From Tubiluchus corallicola (taxonomy: Eukaryota; Animalia; Priapulida): a stretch of DNA of 64,000 nucleotides. The translations under genes and the position numbers were made by a program. Of the stretch, positions 1 through 38,916 are shown one piece after another. Each line of letters opens with the position of its first letter. Positions within the stretch are counted from its first letter, which is position 1. The notes beneath the pieces were generated by a model. It was given only the letters and a program-made list of their open reading frames with translations. It searched no databases and was not told the DNA's origin. The stretch lies in contig JAQGDQ010000193.1 of NCBI GenBank assembly GCA_030141605.1, forward strand, positions 347,260 through 411,259, read 5' to 3'.

Positions 1-496
1 TTTATATTGGTCATTTCACTCTTTACCACCTTGTGATTGCAAACTTAGTCATTTTCACAAATTTGGTCATATCTTCACATTTTGTAGTAGTTTCTAGTTT
101 CACAAAACTTTTAGGACAGCTCATTCATTCAATGAGACTAGAAAACCTTTGACCTTGTTTGAATGGATCATCCTTCACCATTTTCTTTGATTGTTTTCCT
201 GCAACACACGTAAGTGTGGGAAGTTCTCACATGTAAAAGAAACCTCAGTGCATGTAATAGTGCCTCAGTTCTTAATGCGAGCTTTGTTCACCTGAGCTGT
301 GTTATTGATTTTGACTCACATACAACAAACATCCATTCTCTTTCTATGAAGCAAGCTAGGCATAGGTTTCTTATTCACTTCTTCATTGTGTGAAAACTTG
401 CTGCTCGACTTTTGTTCAGATCTTGTCGCTCCTAGAGTCGTTTTGACGTGTGCAAAAATCCATGCTTCTGTCCGAAAATTGCTAGACTTTAATGTA

Positions 497-1328
497 CCCG
501 GGCGGTGCAGAAAAAATGTGCCGAATTTTAGACTACAGTAATATTAGAAACAAGTGCTCTGTACTTTTGAAATTTCATGGCATGATGCTACATAAGACAT
601 TAGCTTTTGGCTGTGAAAGTAGCAAGTTTGCAATTTTGGCCGAAAAACTTTGCATGTTAAAAAGCTAAATGTCGGAACAATGCCAGCTAATCACTAATTG
701 ACAAACAGCCACATTCGGTGAATAACAAAATGTACTTTATACATGGCAGCAAAACAATAAAGAAATAATTCAGTTTACGTCATGGTCTTCACCACAGCAA
801 ATGAAGCACTGATAAAGATTTGTTGCCAAGAGGATTAAGAGGGATTTAATCCTCTGTGTTGCGGTATATGGAATTCGTTAAAGAGAAAGTGTATAATGCC
901 TGCACAGAGTTGTTTGATACAGAGCAATTAAAGTCAAGAACTGTTGAGTCCTTGGAGCAAAATTTAATATCCCTTAAAAAAGTGACAAAAATGCGAAGCT
1001 GTTGGAAGAAATGATTTCGTCTAGTTTGTGTGGAAAATGGTGTCCACGTAGAGCACTTGCTTAAAATAGGGACCCGTTAAAGTTTTTTCCAACGTTCATT
1101 TTATTGACTTGTTTGTATAAAACATCGATGGAAAAATTTAAGGGATGACCTAAAATTTATGATGTTTATACGTAAATGTCTGTAACAAACAAACAATGTA
1201 ATAATATAATATAACAATGTAACAATATAACCAAGATAATTTTCAAGAGATTCCTTTATCTTCTTCTTATAGTTGTCTCCACAACATTGTCGTGGTCAAA
1301 ACTACGGCACATTTTTTGCTCCACCTGA
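497..1328 (+). mobile_element. Degenerate, internally deleted Tc1/mariner-superfamily DNA transposon
   Basis: Imperfect terminal inverted repeats (497-529 cccgggcggtgcagaaaaaatgtgccgaatttt vs reverse complement of 1298-1328 tcaggtggagcaaaaaatgtgccgtagtttt) with TA flanks. Frameshifted transposase remnants NPL..GIWNSL/KEKVYN (~845-897) and RLVCVENGVHVEHLL (~1018-1062), resembling the SPDLNPxD..W..LK.KVY and GGHFEHLL motifs. Confidence 0.7.
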
Positions 1329-1549
1329 TATTATTAGTTTGGCGGTATTGCCATTCTGAATTGATCTTCTCAAGATATCATGTTAGCAGTTTTAGACTCC
1401 TCTTTTTGACGCAAGCAATCGGAAATCCTTGAAGGCCGACTAGTATTTTTTCAATAAGTGAGGCAGATTAGTCATCCTGTCTCTAAACATATATATTGAA
1501 AATTAAGCAATTGGTGCTAGAAGAATCTAATTTAGCTAAGCTTTGTTAC

Positions 1550-1740
1550 TTGCTGATGATCCTTAAGACAGACCTATGAGGCATATAAGTCATGAGTTTG
1601 CTGCCCTTGATATTGCTAGTCCTTTCACGTGACCATCGCTCATCATTTGGTTGATGGCTTCATACAAATTTAATTTACCATCGTCGGTGAAAGATGTTTC
1701 CAATCTTCTTAACCTGGCTTTTGCATTAGTGAATGAAATC
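1550..1740 (-). mobile_element. BEL/Pao LTR retrotransposon pol relic
   Basis: Minus strand reads FTNAKARLRRLETSFTDDGKLNLYEAINQMMSDGHV, then a stop/frameshift, then YMPHRSVLR. This resembles the Pao RT-proximal pattern A..RL..LE....Y...I......G.I...YLPHH.V. No LTR seen. Confidence 0.5.
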
Positions 1741-2434
1741 TTCCATTTTATACAGTAATCCCGAATCCGTCTAAGTCTAGAAACGATCAGTTAATTTCAT
1801 AACATGGCAAAAGGTTTCGTGCCACTCTGTGAACTAGTCTTCTTATATATATGAGAGAGTGATGCTCCAGGTGCAGAATTTTCACAAACTGTAATTAAGA
1901 ATATAGATAAAATGTATATATTACTGGAGTTGTAGAGTGTAGATCTTTTATTTAAGAGTACATTGATTTTTTCTTAAATCGAGAGTGTGTGTCAGTTCAG
2001 AATTATCTCATTAGGTTTGTAGGCTTCTTAGAATTTGAACATTTGTTCAGCCGTAGTAGTTAAAGCCCACAACGTATAAAACTGATCTACATTAAAATAG
2101 TCTATGGGAGGGGAAAATCTGTGTGAGATAACAGTACGTAAAACATACAGTATAGCTGGTACATGCTACTTACAGAAAGCTTTTCTGTTGATGTATTATG
2201 GCGAATTCAGACTAGTGAGTTTTCTGTCGCGTGTTTTTTCTGTGAACTGCTTTGCAATTTACTGGCGGCAAGTTATTGCAAACTCCGACAATTGCTGCAA
2301 GTTGATTTCCTGCGAGTTATTGTCTGGTATGAACGCCTCGGCAAGTTACTCTCGACGCTTTGTGTGTGTGTGTGTGTGTGATGTCCATTTCCAGGTAATT
2401 TCAATAATTTCAATATCATTTCTAAATATTGTAG

Positions 2435-28652
<26,218 letters not shown>

Positions 28653-29091
28653 TCTGGTCACATCTCTTCGCACAACCATACTGAGAGCACATGGACATTT
28701 TCGAAGACGTCATACTCTGCGTTGTGATATGTTGTTTGTAAAATATTGTAAAAATTAAAATTTTCGTGTGCTTTTTTTGTATTACTCTTATTTATTAAGT
28801 GGGAAACAAATTGGGTGAAATTGTGAGTTTCCAAATTCCATGTTGACAGAGAATTAGAAAAAATTTATATTGATTTTTTTGTAAACTTAATTATAGTGAG
28901 AACTACTGCTCTTTTGTAATGCACTGGTGAAAATATTATGTGATTGTAAACTTAATAATATGGGGAATTGTTGCATTGCTGCTGGCTAGCACAAAGACAA
29001 TGTTTACGTATTTCAGACATGTTTGATAATGATGTAAGAATGCAGTTTTGTAGTTAAAAACAAAAGTTAAAAGTTAAAAATTAAAAATTTT

Positions 29092-29097
29092 AATAAA
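29092..29097 (+). terminator. Candidate polyadenylation signal of the ROCO gene
   Basis: First AATAAA noticed after the stop at 28652, followed by a GT-rich tract gttgtgttgtttt. Confidence 0.45.
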
Positions 29098-32000
29098 GTT
29101 GTGTTGTTTTTAATCGTATTATCCTATAGGTTACTATAGGCTGCAGTCTAGAATACTCAACTTTGGAGGACCCTCAAGCTTTGATAACATTTGGTAAAAC
29201 ATCTGTTTTTTTACTTGTGTTGAAATATGTGCTAATTTGGTGAGGCACTATGAAGAATATTTTTATTTGCAAACGTAAGATAGCTATTCCAGTGTAACTA
29301 AACAATTTGCAACAAGTTTACTTCAAGCTTTGTAAATGTCTCTGAAATATATGACGAGTAAAAATATTCAAGATGACTGCCGGAAAGTTGGAGGGTTGGC
29401 TCCATCTGAGGGAGCTCATATTTCGTTAGCCTAGTGGCCATGATTAAGACTCTTCATTGAAATGGAATGGATAATCATGACTTAATGAACATAAAATGGC
29501 ACATTTGGTAGGATAATTTATTGAAATTGCAGTGAATAGTTCTGGCATACTTCCCTCTTCATTTAAAAAATAAGAGCCATTGTTTAGACATGATATATAT
29601 ATACCTTCTTAAAAGTTAGTCCCCAAACAATGTTTGATGAAAATGAAGTACATTTAAATTATTGGCAGTGAAATTGATAAATTGGTACACTGATATTTAT
29701 GTTGTCTTTGCTTGTGGTGTCTTATCACAATCGAAGAAAACTTGGTGAAAACTTTGTATTATTTTGTTGTTCTGCTGTTACTAGGAGATTATTGGTGATT
29801 AGCTATAATTACTGTGTTTTTTGTGATGTCAGTTTTGCTCTTGCATCTTGTTATCCTAACATTCATGATTATTATCAATGAATCAGTTAGATTCACTTAG
29901 GATTTAGGGTTCCCAACTCCTCAATTGCCGATTCCTGGACTGGTGAATGGATTTGGGTACAGGGGGATTATGGGAGACTTGCAAAGGTGTAAAGGACTCT
30001 TTATGCAGTGCTCACAGGCGTGACTCATTTTAGAGACTTGCATAGAAAGTGCATTTTTTGAAGTAACATTATATTTTGAGTTGTGTTTGAATCATGACTG
30101 GTGCTTTCATGAAAAACTAGCAAATGTTGACAATTGAAGAAAATAATCCGTTATTAAAGAGGATTGGACTGGCTACATGATAGGAGTATGTATTTTTACC
30201 CTATGTTTTGTCAAAACTATTAAATGCTGTGACACTTTGTGTTCAAGGCATTGTTTATATTTCTCATTGGCTTAACTCCCAATTTCTGTTTAGTCCTGTT
30301 CAACGCTAAACGTTGTAGAACCATTTGATTAAAAAGTCTGATTAAAATTTATTAATAAGGGTATTTTTTTGAAGAACTAATGCTTTTTTCTATCTAGTCT
30401 TATCTTACTAGTCAGCATTGTACTTATTAATATTATTTTAAATTTATTTTTACAAGGAACATTAAAATCAGTTGTGATCTATATGTCTACCTGTCATGTT
30501 GTGTTTTTGTTGCTTTGTTCATCATACATACAGACATTGTAAACAATGTTTAAAGTTGTTGGTTTAATGAATAAACAAATAAATAGTACTTGGGTTGTCT
30601 TGAGAATTGTCTGTCTATATTAGTGCATGTGGGGGTCTGAACAATTGCTGAAAAGATGCTAACACATTTCTGTCGGATCAGTATCTGATGTTGGGGTATT
30701 ATTCTTGGTAGTGAGTTGGGTTCCAGTCCTGCTGTTGAATACTGAGTTTTTGCTTGTGGTATGCTGAATTATATCAGGAAGCATCAGACAAAATCTTTTT
30801 AAATTGGCAAAAATTGAAAATCTTGTTATGAACAAGTTGTCAATCAATCAGTGTGATTCTTCTTTGTTGGTCAGAAGGTGTTGGTAGATCTTAATTTCTG
30901 TTATTTTGGTTCAGCATAAAAAGTAATGAATTAAATGTGTTTTCTCAAAATTTTGTAATCTAGAAACGTTATTTTCCCTTTCTTGATTGTTTCTCTGCTA
31001 AATGTTGTTCTTTCCTTCTTTACCATTTCAGATTGTTCAACACTAGAAACAACAAAAGTGAGTTTAAGGTCTTTTATCAAATTACGTAAATTAACTTCTT
31101 CTGATTTCGCTTCATTGTATACACATTTGTCTTAGTAAGCAACAACACCCTAGGGTAGTTCAATGGAAGAGTCGCAGGGATTTAAGAGGCACAATAAGAA
31201 GGTGGTCTCAGAGTTATAGGAAGATTCCAGGATGGTGTCTTAGTTTGATCCAAAGATGATTACAGCTTGCAGATGAAGCAGGGTTCCTAGTAAGTTCTGG
31301 AAGCTCTGATGCTTTACTTTACACAGTCAACACAATTAAGACTAATAGGCCATGGCCACTATTGTGCTCTTACACTACAATTCTTTATTTTTCATTTTCG
31401 AATGTCGTTGCAAAAATGAAAACAATAGAAGCAATGGTGAAGTGAAGTTATAGAACAAATGATAAATAGAACAAATTAAAAAATGGAACAGAAAACTAAG
31501 ATAATCTTAAAAGAACAATGTGTTGTACCTGTAAAAATTACAGTAAAACTATATCAATATGGTTCAACAATGTAAATAATCGACCTGTTTAGTTAAATGG
31601 GCATTGTACATTAATTTTTTTAGCCCTGGAAATGTTCTGCCTCATTGTGTTTTTGCTGTTAGCAGCTGTTCTTTCAGAGGATATATGCCCTTCTTTTATC
31701 CAAGAGGGGCACCGTAGAGAATGCGAAACATCCACAGAAACAGAAAGTGAATGTGTAAAACAAGGATGTGTCTGGTGTGATTCTTCACACGGTAAGTCCT
31801 GTTCATGATATTTATTCCGCAATTGATTTGTGCTACAATTAAATGAGACATTTCATTTGACAGGAAGAGAATAAGTGTTCTTTATTCTTAGGACCAAAGA
31901 TTAAAAGAGTTCCTAATCTGGAACTCAATTGCTGTCATTTGCAGTTAGTCTCTTGTTGAAATGTGTTCTATTCGCATGAGTTGTATTTATTAACAGTTCT

Positions 32001-32144
32001 TATTGTTGATAATTGGCGCAAAAACAACACGGACTACAAACTACTGGCAACACAAAGATGATAGTCTAGTCTTCTGAACTGGGTCTCTAGTGCCTGTTCA
32101 AAACTTTGTCTACACCTTCCATTTCAGATATAAAAAAGGTGATT

Positions 32145-32480
32145 TACGAGAACAACTCAAAAAAGTTCTCATATTCTCCCAGAAAACAACACAAGAGAAC
32201 GAGTTTCCTTCCAATAAGTTTCCACATAATCTTCTGTAACTTCAGTTGGCTCACTTTCACTTGATCCGCCAATGTTTAACTCTATTGTACCTTTGCGGAA
32301 CAAGGTCACGTCTTAAGCCTCTAAATACTCCTCAGAGGAGTCTATGACTTCATCGTCACTCTGGAAAGGGCAATCGCACAAATGGAGTAATTGGGATTTA
32401 AATTTAGAAAAATACGTTGAAGTCACTCGGTGCCAGATGAGGTGAATTAGGTGCATGGGTCAACAGTTTAAGCTACATTT
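32145..32480 (-). mobile_element. Mariner transposase C-terminal relic in GH31 intron 1 (mirror copy ~58900-59235, +)
   Basis: LLTHAPNSPHLAPSDFNVF matches the mariner HPPYSPDLAPSDF motif, followed by FQSDDEVIDSSEEYLEA*DVTLFRKG...EVTEDYVE; TIR-like end tacgagaacaactcaaaaaagt. Confidence 0.75.
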
Positions 32481-33190
32481 GGCTGCTCCTGCCACTGCCA
32501 CCTATGCTGTGTGAATGGGAGCACAATTTCCTGGAGCAACTATACACCAGCTCGAAGATTGACTCTCTCTTTTCTCTTGTTTGCTCCCTTGCAACAGCCA
32601 TTTTGTGGGTTGTAATATCAGGTGCTATAAAGCTGTACTTCAAAATGGTAATAGCGTTTCTTGTCTCACACTTTCGTAAGAAATTTCGTAAGAATTTATT
32701 TGTTTTCTTAAATATTAGGTTTTTAAAATATTTTTGCTGTGTTTTCTTACTGAACTGTGAACTGCTGCAAGTTGCAGGTGTTTTTTCAGGTGTTCCCTCG
32801 TGTTTTCATGACAAGGCTCTAACAGGTTGTAAAACAGAAATTCTTACTTCTCAGAGAGTAAATTGCCTTCCCGAACATCATGCCAAGTTTACAAACAAAA
32901 CTCGTGGCCTTTGCTATGAGAAGGGTTGCTCTTACTGTGCTACAGACAATCCCGATGTTCCCCAGTGTTTCTACAGGTATTGTTTCATTATAACTTTATA
33001 ATTCAAAGTTTCCACAGATGGTCAGGGAGCATACTAACATTAGGAAGGACCCATTTTTCCCTAACTGGTGGATGGTGTTTCCTTCTTGGCTAAAATTCTT
33101 GATATCTTTAATTAATTAGCAGTTGGGTTAATAGTTGTGAAGAGTATGGTCTATTCTGCTCTGTTACACCTCAACCTATTCTGCTATGTT

Positions 33191-33260
33191 CAGTAAAAAG
33201 CTCAAACAGAAGAGCGCGTGATCTGTAATTGCTAGGTTCAGGATCGAATCCTGGTTGTTT
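33191..33260 (+). pseudogene. tRNA-like relic or tRNA-derived SINE head (mirror ~58118-58187)
   Basis: D-arm-like gctc-aaacagaa-gagc, loop ctgtaa, T-arm-like cagg-atcgaat-cctg (B-box-like). The acceptor stem does not pair well, so it is not called a functional tRNA. Confidence 0.35.
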
Positions 33261-33315
33261 TACAATTTCTCCTAGCTTTTTTTAATTAATTAATTGTCTC
33301 TACATAATTTACCTT

Positions 33316-33505
33316 AACCGGTAATAAAGTCACAGGAAAAATGTCACAATTTAGGCTAGGAAAAACAGTCATAGGCAAAAAGGCCAATTAATTTTGGCTA
33401 GTTTTAGGGTTATGGGAAGTTAGGGTTATTTCTTTTTTCCTAAGCGATTTTTCTGTGACTTTTTCTGGAGATTTTTTTACAAGTGACTTTTTGTACCTGG
33501 ATTTG
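33316..33505. mobile_element. Short non-autonomous element with internal TTAGGG-like units (related copy ~36815-36955)
   Basis: Both copies start ggtaataaagtcaca, have central gttaggg motifs and end with inverted tgtgact/tttt blocks; resembles DINE/Helentron-associated short repeats. Confidence 0.5.
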
Positions 33506-34286
33506 CTGTACCAAATAGAAATAATCCTTGGAGAATATTTTTAGCTAGTAATTATTTTGATTTTCTTGTCTTAAGTGTACAATGTTCGTCAGTCGAAAAA
33601 GCAGTTTTCTAGAAATGTTACGTGAAATGAAAGACATTTTTGCCATGTCAGGAATACCACTGCTACCAATAATAGTAGCAACACAAGAGTTACAAAAATG
33701 TAGAAACAAAACATTTATTTGAAATAACGTTTGAAAAAAATAATTGAACTTTCCTTTATCACATCCGCTGTGAACTTTTGACTAGCCAAATCTATTGCTG
33801 ACACTTTTATACTGTCTTTTAAGGTTTCCCGCTCTGGATTGTCCTTTCCAAGGTGATGACGGTAAGACGGATTGTCTTTCCGGTGAGGCTGCTCCTACAA
33901 GGGAGGCTTGTATAGCACGTGGTTGCTACTGGTGCCCTTCGCAGTCTCCTCAAGCACCTTTTTGCGTATATGGCATACACGAATTCGATCCAAATCTAAG
34001 GTACATTTTACACAGAATTATCTCTGTATAATAACAGTAATTTATGTGTTAGCGTCCGCACAGTTTGATGTAACCAACAGTTGTAGTGTATTGGAAGGTA
34101 ATAAACAGTTGTATTTGGCTTATAATTTTTAAAATATGAATTTTGTCTAAAACTGTAGATTGTGTATTTTTAATTGGCAAAAATGTCACGGTTACCAATC
34201 ATAACATTACGTTACCAACCATTTTATATTTATACGTAATTGTTATTGTACGGACCTATAATGGATAGTCATTGTGGACATGCATT

Positions 34287-34489
34287 AAATGGAATTTACC
34301 CGGCATCCAGAATGCATTATCCACCTGCGGAATAGCTGCATATAAAAAATCATAGGAAATAGCTGCAGAAAAAATAATGCATAACTCAGATCTGATAAAT
34401 GGATGCCTTGAAACCAATACAAACTGATTTTATCTATTCCGTATCCGCACAATACATGCGCATTCCGGATGTTTGGTAAATGCCGCTTT
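34287..34489. mobile_element. MITE with ~30-bp imperfect TIRs
   Basis: aaatggaatttacccggcatccagaatgca vs reverse complement of the right end aaagcggcatttaccaaacatccggaatgcg; TTA on both flanks (PIF/Harbinger-like). Confidence 0.6.
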
Positions 34490-34625
34490 ACTTGTTTAAA
34501 GCAAAAACTCACGAAGAGAAACTATTTTTGATTTTAGTGCAAAACTGTGCAGCCATTTTTCTCACTATATTACTTTTTAACATGTGTATTTCACTATGTG
34601 TTTTTTAATTACAGTATTATTTTAC

Positions 34626-34886
34626 GGCGAGTTCAGACTAGCATGTTTTCTCGCCTAGTAACTCGCAAGTGTGTTCACACTAGAGAGCAAAATGTGCCGC
34701 AATTTACTTTCTTCTCTATTCATTGCGAGAAGTATGAAGAGTAACTCGTCAAGGCCTTCAGATTAGACAGTAGCTCACAGGAAATCAACATGCAGCAACC
34801 ATCAGAGAGTTTGCAAACAAACTTGCCAACATATTCGCAAGACTTGCAAGCTTGCCGTCAGAGAAAAAACTCACTAGTCTGATCTG
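34626..34886. mobile_element. MITE; the same terminus occurs at ~2200
   Basis: Left ggcgagttcagactagcatgtttt, right aaaactcactagtctga; 2200-2223 reads ggcgaattcagactagtgagtttt. Confidence 0.55.
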
Positions 34887-34894
34887 ATAGAATA

Positions 34895-35264
34895 AGCCTT
34901 TTCACAGTTTCGCTTATGCACACGCAGTTGCTTTACATGAAAGGTTAAGTGAACCCCAGCAACACGTCTTAACTAAACTCGCCACATGATGCGTGAGTAA
35001 AGCAAAGCCCCTGCCGCATCAGTTCAGTAACTTCAGTTGTTTTACGTGGATGCATTGGTCTGTGCGTAGAGTGATTTACTAACAGGATCTTGCTTGGGAA
35101 CAAAAAAATGAACTAGGTAAGGTTCTAGTTAGCTGTTGAAGTTGCTACTTTTACAATAGCATGGGCTATGAGGCGATGTCAAGTGTACACAAATGTGTTG
35201 TCTGGTTCACTTAACCTTTGACCTTTTCATGATCATCATCAATTGCTGGAACTGCGAAAAGGCT
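34895..35264. mobile_element. MITE with terminal and subterminal inverted repeats
   Basis: agccttttcacagtt (34895) / aactgcgaaaaggct (35250-35264); inner perfect 16-bp IR aaaggttaagtgaacc (34940-34955) / ggttcacttaaccttt (35204-35219). Confidence 0.7.
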
Positions 35265-37719
35265 CATTAGATGGAAAATACTAATTTGTAATATAATTAA
35301 CACTGATGATAAATGTTTGACTAGTTTGTAGGCTTAATGTTTTTCTGCAGGGTAAACTGCTTACCTGAGAATTTACTATCTTATACTGAATGCATCCAGA
35401 GAGACTGCAAGTGGAGTCCAACATTTGTTCCTGGTGCACCCTGGTGTTATTTTCCTAAAGATTATGGATATGCTATGATAGGAAAGCCAGCAGTCACTAA
35501 CAATGGCAAGTAATTTCGTCATCGTTATTTTTTGCTTCTGCAGTTGGTTTTTTGGTAAATGTTCTCAATGTAAACAAACAGCATTTTACATTATAGGTTT
35601 CAAAGTTGACCTGGAAAGGAGTAGTACTGTTAGTTTATATGGCGGCGACATTCAGTTTGTCAAATTAGAAGTGGAGTTTCAGACTCGGGAACGCCTTAGA
35701 ATGAAGGTATGGGATGGTACATGTATATGCTTCTGTTTTTTGTGTAAATTTTAACTGTCATGCTTTTGCTTCATTTATTTGTATTTTAATGACATGCTGT
35801 GCAGCTTTTCGCACTGTTATACTTTTATTTTTGAATTAGTTTACAGATACTTCGCATTCTCGATTTGAAGTTCCTCTGCGTATAAATGGTAGCGACTTTA
35901 AAGCGAAGAACACTCTTTATGACGTAGAGTTTCTTAACGATCCTGTTTTTTCATTTCGTGTTTTCCGGAATCAAACTCGTACTGTAATGTAAGTACCATT
36001 GGAAGTCTGATTCGCAGTTTTATTTTAGGGTAACTTTCTGATTGATGCTTTTGTTCTTCTTGTATTTACCTTTTCTTGTGTTCATTTTTCCCATGTAAGA
36101 ACTGGCAAAGTTTTACATAATTTTGATACAGTATGCATGCAGCAGTTAATTACTAAACATGTTTGCCATGATTTCATGAAATTGTTTATGTCTTACTGAC
36201 AATTTAAGATTTTCCAGATATTAGTCCACAATATGTCAATATCCTAAACTGTGTAAAGACAACTTTTGTGTAATATGATTTCAAAATCAGTGCTTTCACA
36301 CAAATGTGTCTTCCACGGTATAAACATTTTAGCCTAAATTTCATATTCTGGTGTTCAAAGATAGTTTATTAAAATGATAAAATAAATAGTGCTAAATGTT
36401 GTACAGCATTAAGATTTTTTGTGCCATTTAAAACAGTTGTTTATGTTTCATTTGATACTTTTGTTTATTGTTTTATAGTTTTGATTCTTCTATTGGTGGT
36501 TTTACATTTGCTGATCAGTTTTTACAAATAGCTACGAAGCTTGACACGAATAAGTTGTACGGCTTCGGTGAGCATCAACATGATACGTTTCAGCATGATA
36601 TGAACTGGAGGAGATGGGGAATGTGGACTCGCGATCATCCTCCAGCTGTGAGTTTTATACATGGTGTACCAAAAGAAACAGTATACAATGGAATATGATA
36701 TGCTTACTAATATAACATCATACAAAGTCCAATAAGTGCAATCATACTAGGCGGTTAACTACACTTCACACAGTATTTGTAATATGATTTCTTACTACAC
36801 ATAATTTAATAGTGACTGGTAATAAAGTCACAAGAAAAAATTGACGAAAATGGTTAAGGTTAGGGTTAGGACTGGGCTATTTCTTTTTTTGAGTTCCTTT
36901 TTTCCTGTGACTGTTTTCCATGTCTTTTTTTACCTATGACTATTTTACTTAGACTTGGTTTATCACTCATCTGTATTTCTTTGTAATTTCGTTACCACAT
37001 TTCAAAAGTGCAAATAAATGTATACATATGATATACCACACACATATGATAAAACACAAACATTATGTTTGGTACATAAATATATTTCTACCACATCTTT
37101 TCATTGGAACACTTTATAAAGAAGTCTGCTTTTTACAGGCTTACTGCCCTATTTTTGCAACACAGTATTCAGTCTGATACCATTTGGTTGTTGCATTGAT
37201 GATGCATTACAACTTTTTATCTAACAAAAATTGTAGCTGTGAAAACCAAAAATTGGCGCACATTTTTACGCATTTTGATTGACATTTTGGTTGATTTTAG
37301 TTGAAAGTGTACCAGCAGCTACATATTCAACTACCAGTTGTTAACCGAATGTTGATAACCAAATTGTGCTTATCTTCTTTGTTTCTAAATAGCCCTTTTT
37401 CTTACTGATGGGTATTTTCGATGGTGTTATTAATGCAGTCGTAATTGCTTGCTTTTTAAACTAAGTTACTGGTTGTAAACTGTAGTTAAAATTGATTTCT
37501 ATGAAAGGCTGGAAAATATTTTTTGCATTTTTGGTGGTACCTGCTAAGAAATAAATAATATTCAGCTTAGCTAACGTTTTGAGATATTACTGTTATTTAA
37601 AATTATGAACATGATATTATTTTTTGTAGTATAATGTAAACATGTATGGAGTCCACCCATTTTATGTGCAGTTAGAAAAAGATAACAGCGCACATGCTGT
37701 TCTCTTCCTCAATGCAAAT

Positions 37720-38575
37720 GCTCAAGGTACTGTAACAGTGTACACATTTTTTATTCAAAACACAGTAACGTTTTCTATGTTATTTACTCAATGTACAACA
37801 GTATTTTTAAGACTCTTTACTCACAGTATAGTACCATTTTACATATTTTTACTCAAGATACAGTAGCATGTTATATGTTCTTTACTCAAGGTACAGTAGC
37901 ATGTTATATACTCTTTTTCTCAAGGTACAGTAGCATGTTATATGTTCTTTACTCAAGGTACAGTGGCATTTTATATGTTCTTTACTCAATATACAGTAGC
38001 ATTTTACATCTTCCTTTTGGAAGTTACAACAGCATTTTATTATATGGTCTTTTTCTTTGAAGTACAGTACTCTTACATATGTTTAATTTAAGGTACAGTA
38101 CCTTTTTACTTTTTTGATAATTTGAGGTGGATTCATAGTTCTTTACTCAAGGTGCAGTAGCATTTTATATGTTCTTTTTCTCAAGGTACAGTAGCATTTT
38201 ATATGTCCTTTATGTAAGGTACAGTAGCATTTTATATGTTCTTTACTTAAGGTACAGTAGCATTTTATATGTCCTTTATGTAAGGTACAGTAGCATTTTA
38301 TATGTTCTTTACTTAAGGTACAGTAGCATTTTATATGTCCTTTATGTAAGGTACAGTAGCATTTTATACATTCTTTAATACCATTTTACGTATTATTGTC
38401 TCAAGTATAGTACCATTTTACATGTTTTTCACTCAATATACAGTAGCTTTATACATCTTCCCGACCACAACAGCATTTTATATGGTCTTTTCTTTGAGGT
38501 ACAGTACTCTTACATATGTGTAATTTAAGATACAGTACTTTTTTACATTTTTGGTAATTTGAGGTGGATTCATAG
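37720..38575 (+). repeat. 33-bp intronic minisatellite, with a longer duplicated sub-block
   Basis: Unit ttaaggtacagtagcattttatatgttctttac; gives the RYSSILYVLYL repeat ORFs. ~37980-38140 is repeated at ~38430-38578. Confidence 0.93.
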
Positions 38576-38721
38576 TTCATGTGCATGTGCTTCTTATCAA
38601 TGGCTTTGACCATCTAGTGCTGATACTCATTCGAGGTGGGGTACTAATGCATTTTGAACGTGTTTCAATCAACATATTGAAACAAAGCTATCAAAAAATT
38701 GAAGACTAGGAAATATTATAA

Positions 38722-38916
<195 letters not shown>

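Noticed and set aside
30600-31320. Possible ancient LINE ORF2 remnant on the minus strand
   Set aside because: Coding-like composition but no motif I could read with confidence.
32504-32789. Transmembrane-like N-terminus of the 165-aa ORF
   Set aside because: Intronic read-in; only 32790-32976 is exon, and the real signal peptide is at 31632.
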